This document shows positions 17,667 through 26,800 of a stretch of DNA of 64,000 nucleotides, piece after piece. The notes beneath the pieces were generated by a model. The model had not been told where the DNA came from, ran no database searches, and saw only the letters and a list, made by a program, of their open reading frames with translations. Origin of the DNA: Thermoanaerobaculia bacterium (lineage in GTDB: Bacteria; Acidobacteriota; Thermoanaerobaculia; Gp7-AA8). How positions within the stretch are numbered: the first letter of the stretch is position 1; each line of letters starts with the position of its first letter. The position numbers were made by a program, and so were the translations under genes. The stretch lies in NCBI GenBank assembly GCA_038244815.1, contig JBBRTB010000005.1, positions 16,387-80,386 on the forward strand. The letters are read 5' to 3'.

Positions 17667-18653
17667 ATGAGGCTGACTGCGTTCGCATTGACCTCGGTCG
17701 CGTTGGTCTCCTGCCTCGGGCAGGAGACCGCGTTCCCGGCGGGTCTGCCAAGCCCACCGCCGCCGCACTTTCAATCCATTGCACGCGGGCAAGCCGAAGT
17801 TTGGTTGTTACCCGATGGTGGCAAGTCCGTCTATGTGCAGCGGGGAGTGGCACCCCCAACGATGGCGTTCGATCTCACGCAGGACGGGCAGCCCTATCCC
17901 TGGGACGCCCCTCCGACATCGCTCGCTTTGTTTCGCGGGGAGTTTTGGATAGCCAGCGGATCTCGTACGCTGCGGCGCTTCGCCCCCAACGGCGTTTTGC
18001 GTGGAGCCGTGAATGCCCCTCTTCCCGTGACGCAGGTCGTTGCCACATACGAAGGAATCTGGGTCTACGACGATCTGCCGGCTCCTGTATCGCAGAGGCT
18101 GTGGTGGTCTCGGGACGGACATTCATTCGCGCAAGTCGCGTTGCACGCGGATGAAACCACGACGGCCCTGGCGAAGCTTCTTTCGATGCAACTCGTCCTC
18201 ACGGGCGGTGGCGCGAACGACATCGTGATGGCGCACATGATCGGCCCGCCCGAAGCCATCGTCTTCACACCACGAGGCGCGAATCGTTCGATCCCACTGG
18301 CCTATGTACGCACGGCAGCGCGAGACGCAATGAGGGTGTATCGCTCCGGCCGGAATGACCTCGAGCAATACTCAGCGCCGGTCCGTGATCTCATGGAGCT
18401 CGCCGATGGGTCGGTGATCGTTCTGCGGAATCGCGAGGATGCTCGATCCACTGGCGGCTGGACCTCCCTGCAAGGGCGACGGGTTGATCTCTATGATCCT
18501 CATGGCCAACAAACCGGGACCGCGGAGCTGCCCGAAACGGGAAGGTTTCTCCTTCGAACGGAAGAAAAAGACCGCGTGCTCGTCCTCACGAGCAGCGGAC
18601 ATGTCATCACGCAAGCGTTCGGGATGCCGCATGGAGGGGAGGTTCTCCATTGA
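17667..18653 (+). CDS. Hypothetical lipoprotein
   Basis: Canonical lipobox LVSC at residues 13-16. The 328-aa product has no motif I recognise. It is the first of four translationally coupled genes. Confidence 0.6.
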   Translation: MRLTAFALTSVALVSCLGQETAFPAGLPSPPPPHFQSIARGQAEVWLLPDGGKSVYVQRGVAPPTMAFDLTQDGQPYPWDAPPTSLALFRGEFWIASGSRTLRRFAPNGVLRGAVNAPLPVTQVVATYEGIWVYDDLPAPVSQRLWWSRDGHSFAQVALHADETTTALAKLLSMQLVLTGGGANDIVMAHMIGPPEAIVFTPRGANRSIPLAYVRTAARDAMRVYRSGRNDLEQYSAPVRDLMELADGSVIVLRNREDARSTGGWTSLQGRRVDLYDPHGQQTGTAELPETGRFLLRTEEKDRVLVLTSSGHVITQAFGMPHGGEVLH

Positions 18654-19348
18654 CTCACCGCCCTCGCGCCCACTCCTATCTCGTGCTGGCGGGTGCGTTC
18701 TCGCGCCTTCTCTGGCCGATCCTCACCGTTGTGGCGGCCTACGTCGGATACGAATGCTATCTGACGGGATACAGCGAAGACGGCGTCATCATCTGGTTGC
18801 TCCTCTTCCCCGTTTTCGCTGGAACGGGACTGCTCACCCTGGCTCGGGAGGGACGCCTCGATCTTCTTCTCGGGTCGGGCGTGAGCCGCGACCGTGTGTT
18901 CGCCTCGGCATTCGCTCGGGCTGCCGGTGTGCCCATCCTCTTTGCGATGCTGCTGGCAATCGTGAGTCTTGTGAACCACGGCGACGCTGTCAGCGTGGCC
19001 TTCCGCGCCACCGCGGTCGCTCTCTTCACCGGCGCTTGTTGTTTCTCTCTTGGTCTCATCGAGCCGCGGTACGCCGCGGGCGTCGCATGGATCGGCGCCC
19101 GCATCGTGTTCCTCATGACCCGGCATGGATTCCTGACCTATCATCAACTCGTCGGTGCGCAACATGGTTCCCCGCTGCCCCCGTGGCCCGAGCTGATGCT
19201 GGCCGCGCTGATGTTTCCCGAATCCGTGCTCCGGCCGGCCATGCCGATTTCAATCGTCGTGACGATCGCATCGATCGGCCTCACCGCGGCCGGGATGGCC
19301 CGATTCGTCTTTACGCGGGCTGAGTGGCCCGGGCACCGCACCGCATGA
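18650..19348 (+). CDS. Six-TM membrane protein, probable permease partner of the downstream ABC ATPase
   Basis: TTG start at 18650 overlaps the upstream stop (TTGA). About 6 hydrophobic helices. Its stop overlaps the ATPase start (ATGA at 19345-19348). Confidence 0.6.
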   Translation: MTHRPRAHSYLVLAGAFSRLLWPILTVVAAYVGYECYLTGYSEDGVIIWLLLFPVFAGTGLLTLAREGRLDLLLGSGVSRDRVFASAFARAAGVPILFAMLLAIVSLVNHGDAVSVAFRATAVALFTGACCFSLGLIEPRYAAGVAWIGARIVFLMTRHGFLTYHQLVGAQHGSPLPPWPELMLAALMFPESVLRPAMPISIVVTIASIGLTAAGMARFVFTRAEWPGHRTA

Positions 19349-19968
19349 CGATGCCACCGGCCGCCGTCGAAGCAGTGTGGAAGTCGTATGGGACCACCGA
19401 GGTTCTGCGTGGAGTTTCCGTGGTGTTCTCGCCGGGACGGCTCACCGCACTCGTCGGGCCGAACGGCGCGGGGAAGACCACGCTGCTGCGCATCGTGGCG
19501 GGACTGCAGCATCCCACTCGGGGCAGGGTTCTTGCCCATGACGTCCTCTACTTCGGCGGATACGATCTTCTGCCTGTCCGGGGAACGATCGTGAGATTCC
19601 GCCGCGCACTCGGCCTCGGCGACGCCGGTGCGGATCGGCGAGCGCTTGCCACGTTGTCACGAGGGCAGCTCCAGCAAGTGGGGCTCGACGCCAGCCTCGA
19701 TCTCGCACCCGAGACGCTGCTGCTCGATGAACCGTGGTCGTCTCTCGAACCTGACGCGCGTGACCGGTTGAACGAACGTCTCGCTCTGTTTGCCGCGTCC
19801 GGCCGGATCGTGGTGTGCTCGAGTCACGAATTGGACGAGGTGGCGCGCGTCGCCGACGATGTGGCGTTCCTCCGTGATGGTGCCGTGCAGAGTGTTCGGC
19901 GAGAGAGTCTCGGAGGAAACCGTTTCGATCGCGATGGTTTGCTGGTTCGCTACAAGGGCATCACGTGA
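19345..19968 (+). CDS. ABC transporter ATP-binding protein
   Basis: Walker A GPNGAGKTT, signature LSRGQLQQ, Walker B LLLDEPWSSLE. ATG at 19345 is preferred over 19324 because of the ATGA coupling. Confidence 0.85.
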   Translation: MTMPPAAVEAVWKSYGTTEVLRGVSVVFSPGRLTALVGPNGAGKTTLLRIVAGLQHPTRGRVLAHDVLYFGGYDLLPVRGTIVRFRRALGLGDAGADRRALATLSRGQLQQVGLDASLDLAPETLLLDEPWSSLEPDARDRLNERLALFAASGRIVVCSSHELDEVARVADDVAFLRDGAVQSVRRESLGGNRFDRDGLLVRYKGIT

Positions 19969-21653
19969 ACTGGCGGAATTCGATCTTCATCGCGCTTCTG
20001 AGTCTTGCCTCCTCGGTCGCCGCGGCCGGCCTGCTGACAGTGGAAGAACCGACGACGATCGAGATGTCCTCCGAGGCGGCGCGGATGTGGGGACGATGCC
20101 GGGATGAGCATCCGCGCGCCTTGTCATCGGGTATCTCCGTGATCGCCGATGGGCCTCTTCCTGTTCCGCTGCGCGTCGATCTGATCGAGAAAGTTCCCGG
20201 AGCCTGGAGGCTGCGCCAGACCATCGAAGTCTCGACGCCGGTCATTCCCGTGCTGCCGCCACGCGGCCACGTGGCCGTTCTTCTGCGCACGTGCGACGGA
20301 AAGGAACCATATTGGTGGGCCGATGTCGACGCGGCACATGCCACGGCACCCCTCCGCGTTGCCGCGTGCAAGACGATCCGTGTTGAGCCAGAGGATATCG
20401 ACGTGCGTCTTTTCGTCGATGGAGAAGACGAGCCGCGTGAGCTTGATAGCCGTTCGCACCGGTTCGAGCGGGTTCCGGTTCGCGACGCACTCATGTGTGC
20501 CGCCGCGCCGAACGGAGCGCGCTGCGCGACCATTGCTGCCGCCGAGGTACAGCGCGCCTCCGAAGATGTCGGCTCTGATCTTCGCGTCTTACGCGTCGAT
20601 CGCGCGGCGACACTCCGCGTTCTCGAGCCGGGAATCTCGGTTGCGCGCCCGCGTGTGCTGACGCCGGTGATGCAGCGCGCGGGAGCCTGGGTGGCGCTCC
20701 GCCTTCCGCCGGGCAAGCCGTGGAACAGCGTCGTGCTGGACTGGAAGGCGCCGTCGAATGCGCTCGTCCGTCTGCGCGGTCGCGATCTCATGCCTTATCC
20801 GTCCTTCCAGATCGTACCGGCCGGTAGCGAGCCGGGATTGCGCGTCATCGCTGTGATCGGAGAGAACGACGAAGCGGTCACCGACCCGGAGGTCACACTC
20901 CTGTTCCTCCCCACGCGGGAGCCCGAGATTCTCCTGGCCGCGGCTCACATGGAGAACGGCGAGTTCCTGGCGCGCGAACTCGGTGCCGGCGAGTACCGCC
21001 TGAAACTTCTGGCTGCAGCGGCATTGAGTGCGCCTGTCGTCAGGACTCTGAGAACGAGCCTCGAAACTGTCCGATTTGCCGCGGCGCCGCAGATTCGGGG
21101 TCGCGTAATCCTGGCTTCCTCGATGAGGGCCGATCTCGTGCGTGTGGAGGTGATGCGCGGCAGCCGTCTTCGATCCGACGAACCGCGGGATTCGCCCGCC
21201 GATCCCGTCGACTCGATGCGCGAAGTGGCCATTGCCCCCGACGGAACGTTTCGCGTGGGCGTGCCCGGAGCGGGAACGTATACGTTGAACATCGTTGCCG
21301 GCAATGCGCGCACGGAGCGTGTCGTGGATGTGCATCCGGGCGATGCCGTAACGGACGTGGGTGACATTTCGCTTTCGCCCGGAACGACTCTTCGAGGAGC
21401 AGTGGCAGTGTGCGGAAACGGCGAGCTCGTACTTACACCTCTTCCGGACCTGGACGCAGCGCCGGGAGTGCCTTTCTTTTTCGACCTTCGGCGCATTCAG
21501 CTCGGCGCCGATGGCTCCTTCGTGGCTGACGGAATGCACGCCGGAGGGTGGCTCGCCAGCGCGCACTGCGGCGGTAAGACCGTCGATCTCGTTCCGTCGC
21601 CGTTCCAGCTTTCGTCCCAGGACGTTTCGATTCTCGATTTCGCGCCCAGGTGA
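19965..21653 (+). CDS. Large secreted hypothetical protein with CarboxypepD_reg-like beta-sandwich segments
   Basis: GTG at 19965 overlaps the ATPase stop (GTGA). N-terminal signal IFIALLSLASSVAAAG. C-terminal repeats of the type GRVI...APDGTFRVGVPGAGTYTLNIVAG and LRGAVAV...ADGSFVADGMHAGGW. Confidence 0.65.
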   Translation: MNWRNSIFIALLSLASSVAAAGLLTVEEPTTIEMSSEAARMWGRCRDEHPRALSSGISVIADGPLPVPLRVDLIEKVPGAWRLRQTIEVSTPVIPVLPPRGHVAVLLRTCDGKEPYWWADVDAAHATAPLRVAACKTIRVEPEDIDVRLFVDGEDEPRELDSRSHRFERVPVRDALMCAAAPNGARCATIAAAEVQRASEDVGSDLRVLRVDRAATLRVLEPGISVARPRVLTPVMQRAGAWVALRLPPGKPWNSVVLDWKAPSNALVRLRGRDLMPYPSFQIVPAGSEPGLRVIAVIGENDEAVTDPEVTLLFLPTREPEILLAAAHMENGEFLARELGAGEYRLKLLAAAALSAPVVRTLRTSLETVRFAAAPQIRGRVILASSMRADLVRVEVMRGSRLRSDEPRDSPADPVDSMREVAIAPDGTFRVGVPGAGTYTLNIVAGNARTERVVDVHPGDAVTDVGDISLSPGTTLRGAVAVCGNGELVLTPLPDLDAAPGVPFFFDLRRIQLGADGSFVADGMHAGGWLASAHCGGKTVDLVPSPFQLSSQDVSILDFAPR

Positions 21654-21674
21654 CGCGAACCGCGCTACTGACCC

Positions 21675-22330
21675 ATGTTCCGAAACCTTTCCGCCGCCGG
21701 TCTCCTGATCGTTGGTGCGACGCTGTCGGGCCAGACGGCGGCCTTACGCTCGGTTCGAGTAAGTGTTGTTCCCGCGTCCGCGATGAAGGCCGTACCCGCC
21801 GGTGAGCTGCTCTTTCGTTCCGGTGATGGAACGGGGGAGCCGGTTTCCGTCGCGCTGACGTCCAGCAGCGCGGAGCTGAAGCTCCCCGCCGGGACTCACT
21901 GGGTGATGTCGCTCGCGGCGTCCGGATGGTGCCGGAGCGCGACATCGGTGTCGAGGCCGGCTCCGAGCCTGTCATCGTGAACGAGTACGTCTGGCCCACC
22001 GGTCAGGTCTACGGCAAGTTGCGATTCGCCGATCCGAAACAAAAGAGCGGCGTTGCCACCGAGCGTTTCGTTGAGCGTGGCGGATTCACCCGCGAGTGCG
22101 AAGCCTGCTCACGTCCCCCTGCACAGCGAGATTCGGTGCGCGGTCGGCAAGGACGCGACATTTGCCTGCGACATCCCGGCCGGACCGATCGACGTAACGC
22201 TGCGGACCCGCGGTTTTGTCCCGCTCTATCGCTGGGGCCTGCGGCTCGATCCCGGCGGCCGGCGGGACCTCGGCACTTATGTTCTCCATACCGGCAGTTC
22301 CGTCGCCGGCTGGGCTCAAATCGAAGGGAG
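21675..22330 (+). pseudogene. Probable frameshifted/truncated secreted-protein gene (CarboxypepD_reg-like)
   Basis: The protein-like translation switches frames. It starts at 21675 (signal MFRNLSAAGLLIVGATLSG...LKLPAGTHWVMSLAASGW). It moves to the 21926 frame (PERDIGVEAGSEPVIVNEYVWPTGQVYGKLRFADPKQKS). It returns to the 22053 frame (...CAVGKDATFACDIPAGPIDVTLRTRGFVPLY...GTYVLHTGSSVAGWAQIEG) and becomes Arg-rich nonsense after ~22330. Confidence 0.35.
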
Positions 22331-22630
22331 GAAGCCGCACGTCCCGATCAAGGTCCGGCTTGGCCGGCTGGTCACCGGCGGGGAAGCGGGCGGATGCGCG
22401 AACGTCTCGGACAGCCGGTTGCGCAAGGCGAGGCGCGGGCGGATGGGTTCTCGTTTGTTCAGAGTCCCGTCCGGCAGGAACCAGTCGAAACGTCCAAACG
22501 CGGTAATCATCGTCGGAGTCTGGCCCCCGGCGACGATGTCACCGGATTGCAAGGTTGCATGCCGTTGCTGCGCGCCAGCCACCAAGGCAATCAGAAACGA
22601 GGCCAGGGTCAGCACCGCCCATCGGGACAT
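22316..22630 (-). CDS. Possible small secreted hypothetical protein
   Basis: M21 of the 124-aa ORF gives the signal MSRWAVLTLASFLIALVAGAQQ. By hand count GC3 is about 78 percent, but the antisense plus frame shares its third positions, so codon bias cannot discriminate between them. The call rests on a protein-like sequence versus an Arg-rich plus frame. Confidence 0.35.
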   Translation of the reverse strand: MSRWAVLTLASFLIALVAGAQQRHATLQSGDIVAGGQTPTMITAFGRFDWFLPDGTLNKREPIRPRLALRNRLSETFAHPPASPPVTSRPSRTLIGTCGFLPSI

Positions 22631-22707
22631 CGGGCCAGGATTCGAAGCGGCGCTCTCGCGACAAACTCGTATGGTGAGCCTCCGTTTCATTTCACTACGT
22701 CACGGAC

Positions 22708-22729
22708 CTAGTCCTAGTCCTAGTCTAGC
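22708..22729. repeat. Hexamer tandem repeat (CCTAGT)x3.5
   Basis: CCTAGT CCTAGT CCTAGT CTAG. Each unit contains the CTAG palindrome. Confidence 0.7.
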
Positions 22730-23416
22730 TGCCTTGCCTGGGGCTGTCGTTGGTCTCCTCATCGCATTGGTTGTGCGAGTAATGAGCGCTCGATCGACGG
22801 CGCCCTTACTTCGCTGACAACAAAACCGAAGCGTCACACCTGCGGTTTTCGTTTTGAGCGGAGGCGGTGCCGCAGTCTCCTTCCTCGCGAGTGGGACGCG
22901 TGTCGCGGCCGTTGCAGGCGCGTGCGAAAAGGAAAGCGACATTGCACGCGGCAACGGCCGCGCCACGCTTTGGTCATCGCGAGATCGAGCGTTCCACCGC
23001 CCTCTTCCTCATTCGCCAGGAGCATCGCTCCGTGGCCTCGCCTAATCTTCCGTTGCAGCCGACACGGCACCGCGCCGCGGTCGTGGTAGATCGGTCGTGT
23101 GGGGCAAGCGGTGCCGCGCGGCTGAACGGGAGATTAGGCGAGAAGTCCGTCGCGGCCTCACGGTCCACCGCCCTGTCCTTGCGCAAACTTCGATCCTCGC
23201 GAGTGCCGGCGGGCCGCGCGTGCTCGCCGCCTCTGGCGTCTCCGCCGCACCGCTCCGCGCGGCGAGCGTTCGGTTCCCGCCCCCCGCGCCCCCGCCCCCG
23301 CGCTCCTTCTCGCCGCGCTCCGCTCCTGGCCCGGCGCTGCCCACACCCCAGCGCCGGCCGGCCCGCTGCTGCTTCGTGCCCCCGGCCAACACCGCGGCGG
23401 GTCGTGTCTCGTCGAA

Positions 23417-23659
23417 ATGCCGCATATCACTCCGTCGGCGATCGCACAGTACGCATACTCGACGACGACCGGCCACCTGGCCTCGATCACCGCTCCCGAC
23501 GGCAACACGCTGAGCTACACCTTCGACGGCAGTCTGCTGACCCGAACGCAGTGGGCGGGTGCGGTTAGCGGCTCGGTGGGTCTCGGGTACGACAACGACT
23601 TCCGGGTCACGAGCGAGAACGGCTCCGCGTATGCGTATGACCCCGACAGTCAGCTTTGA
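23417..23659 (+). pseudogene. Orphan YD/RHS-repeat fragment (about 70 aa of repeat, no core, no toxin tip)
   Basis: The translation YAYSTTTGHLASITAPDGNTLSYTFDGSLLTRTQWAG...GLGYDNDFRVTSENGSAYAYDPDSQL has the YD-repeat periodicity (Y-Y/F-D ... G-L-----D--G). In-frame sequence upstream of 23430 is not RHS-like. Confidence 0.6.
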
Positions 23660-23820
23660 ACGGCAGAAGCTGGTGGAGCTGCCGTGCAAACGGCCCGCGC
23701 AGCAGATCTAGACCTCGCGAAGCCATGAAACCCGCTGTGGATCAGCGGCGGAAACATCGTCGAGCCATTCCATTCCCCGACTCTGCGCACGGCGGCATCT
23801 TCACCGCGTGAAACCCGCTC

Positions 23821-26800
23821 ATGTACCATTCTCCGATGCGCGAACGCCTCTCGATTCCCCTGCTGATTGCCGCCGGTCTGATCGCTTCGCCTCTCCTCGC
23901 TGGCTTCGCGAGTGTCAACTTGATCCTGCCCGCGGTCGGCCGCGTGGACGGCTCGGGCGGCAGCCATTTCTACACCAGCGTCTGGGTGACCAACCCCTCG
24001 CAGACGGAGGCCGCGCAGTTCGTGATCCGCTTCCTCGCATCCGGTCAGCCGAATCCGAATCCCGCCACGGCCAGCGACTCGATCGCCCCCGGCGCCACGA
24101 AGGTGTACGAAAACATCGCGGAGTCGCTGTTCGGCATCACGGGAGTGCTCGGGGCCGCACAGATCGAGTCGACGCAACCGCTGCTCGTCACGTCCCGCAT
24201 CTACAATCAGGGCGACGGGCAGCTCCCCTCCGCCTCCGAGGGCCTTTTCTACTCGGCACTGCCGGCGGATTTCGGCATCGGCAGCGGACAACGCGGAGTC
24301 CTTCAGGGCGTGCGTCAGTCGGCGGACTTTCGTTACAACATCTTCCTCGTCGAGGATGCCGGACAACCGCTGACGCTCTTGATCACCCTCGTGGACACTG
24401 CCGGAAACGTCATCAACGAGACGCCGGTGACTCTCGGTTCGTACGAACAGCGCCTCCTGCCGCTGGCGACGATCACGCCCGCTGCGCTGACTGACGCCAC
24501 GATTCAAGTGACGGCGACCGAAGGCAACGGACGCGCGATCATCGCCGGATCGCAAATCGCCAACGGAAGCCAGGACGCATCGGGCTTCGAAATGTCGTTC
24601 CGTCCGGAACTGCTCGGCGCGCAGGGACCGACCGGGCCGCAGGGCCCTGCCGGACCGGCCGGGCCTCCCGGGCCGCAAGGACTGCCAGGTACGCAGGGGC
24701 TGCGCGGAGTTCCCGGACCGCAGGGACTGACGGGGCCGCAGGGAGTCATCTGGCGTGGTGACTGGGTCAGTTCGCAAGCCTACGCCGCAGCTGATGCTGT
24801 TTCGTTTCAAGGCTCCTCGTACATTGCGGTTGCGCCCAGTCTGGGCGTGCAACCGGGAACGAATCCGGCGTCGTGGAACGTGCTCGCCGACAAATCGAAC
24901 TTCGTCGGAACGACCGCAGCCGGCGATCTGGCGGGAACCTATCCGAACCCGACGGTCGCGTCCGTCGGAGGAATGCCGGCGGCCACGATCGCTTCAGCGG
25001 CTGGAGCAGCCGCCGGGGCGACCAGCGCGAACACCGCCGGCAGCATCATCAAGCGCGACGGATCGGGCAACTTCGCCGCGGGGACCATTACCGCGACGCT
25101 GAACGGAAACGCGGCGAGCGCCACGTCATTCACAGGCCCGCTCGCCGGCGACGTCACCGGCACGCAGCCGGCGACAGTGGTATCGACCGTGGGCGGCCAG
25201 TCCGCGGCGAACGTCGCCTCGGGCGCAACTCTGGCGAACGGCGCAACGAACGGGAACGTGGCGAATACGATCGTGAAACGCGATCCCTCCGGAAACTTCG
25301 CCGCGGCCACCATCACCGCGGCACTCAACGGAAACGCCACGAGCGCCACCTCATTCACAGGCCCGCTCGCCGGCGACGTCACCGGCACGCAGCCGGCGAC
25401 GGTGGTATCGAGCGTCGGCGGGCAGTCCGCGGCGACCGTCGCCTCGGGCGCCGCGCTGGCGAACGGCGCAACAAACGGGAACGTGGCGAATACGATCGTG
25501 AAACGCGATCCCTCCGGCAACTTCGCCGCGGGGACCATTACCGCGACGCTGAACGGAAACGCCGCGAGCGCCACGAACTTCAGCGGCTCGCTTGCCGGCG
25601 ATGTCGGCGGGACGCAGAGCGCGACGCTCGTGTCGTCCGTCGGCGGTCAGTCCGCGGCGAGCGTCGCCTCTGGCGCCTCGCTGGCGAACGGCGCAACGAA
25701 CGGGAACGTGGCAAATGCGATCGTGAAACGCGATCCCTCCGGCAACTTCGCCGCGGGGACCATTTCCGCGGCACTCAACGGCAACGCTACGAGCGCCACG
25801 AATTTCAGCGGTTCGCTTGCCGGCGATGTCGGCGGGACGCAATCGGCAACGCTCGTGTCGTCCGTCGGCGGCCAGTCCGCGGCGAACATCGCCTCCGGCG
25901 CCGCACTGGCGAACGGCGCAACGAACGGAAACGTGACGAATACGATCGTGAAACGCGATCCCTCCGGCAACTTCGCCGCGGGGACCATCACCGCGGCGCT
26001 CAACGGCAACGCCACCAGCGCTACGAGTTTCAGCGGTTCGCTTGCCGGCGATGTCGGCGGGACGCAGAGCGCAACGGTCATTCAGTCGGGAGTCGTGGTG
26101 AAGAGTCTCAATGGATTGCATGACGCGGTGACGGTCGCCGGATCAGGCGGCACCTCGATCAGCGCGGCCGGAAATACCCTCACCATCAACAGCAGCAGCG
26201 GAACGATCACCGGCGTGAACGCGGGCACTGGACTGGCGGGCGGAGGAGCATCCGGGGTCGTGACACTGTCTGCTTCTTTCGGCGGAGACGGCAGCGCCGG
26301 CACGATTTCGCGATCCGATCACACGCACATCGGCCAGTCGTGGACGCAGCCGAGCGGCAATGGACTGGTGCTGACCTGTCAGAGTGTTTCGTGCAAGGGT
26401 CTGCTGGGGCAGACGAATGCGACCGATGTCAACACGTCGGCATTCTACGGACAAGTCAATGCGACAACGAGCCAGGGCGTCGGGGTCTGGGGACAGAATA
26501 ACTCGAGCAACCCGAACAGTGCGGGCGTTTTCGCGCAGGTTGGGCCAGGCTCTGGAAGAGCACTGTGGGCGACTGCCGCCGGGTCCGGAATCGCAGCCCA
26601 ATTCGATGGCTCGGTCAACATCGTCGGAACCCTTACCAAGAGCGCCGGAAGCTTCAAAATCGACGACCCCATCGATCCGGAGAACAAGTACCTCTACCAC
26701 TCCTTCGTCGAATCGCCTGACATGAAGAACATCTACGATGGAACGGCGACGCTCGACGAGAACGGCAATGCAACGATCGACCTCCCGGCATGGTTCCAGG

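Noticed and set aside
22867-23568. 233-aa plus-strand ORF and overlapping minus-strand ORFs (23042-23689, 23158-23508) in the GC-rich gap before the fibre gene
   Set aside because: Extreme Arg/Pro/Ala/Ser composition, no start context and mutual overlap in all frames. They are treated as non-coding or decayed DNA.
24873-26123. 416-aa plus-strand and 256-aa minus-strand ORFs with their own striking internal repeats (…[13 protein letters not shown]…)
   Set aside because: They are alternative-frame readings of the 225-bp tandem repeats in the fibre gene. Their periodicity is inherited from the DNA repeat, and the composition (R, E, D, H) is not protein-like.
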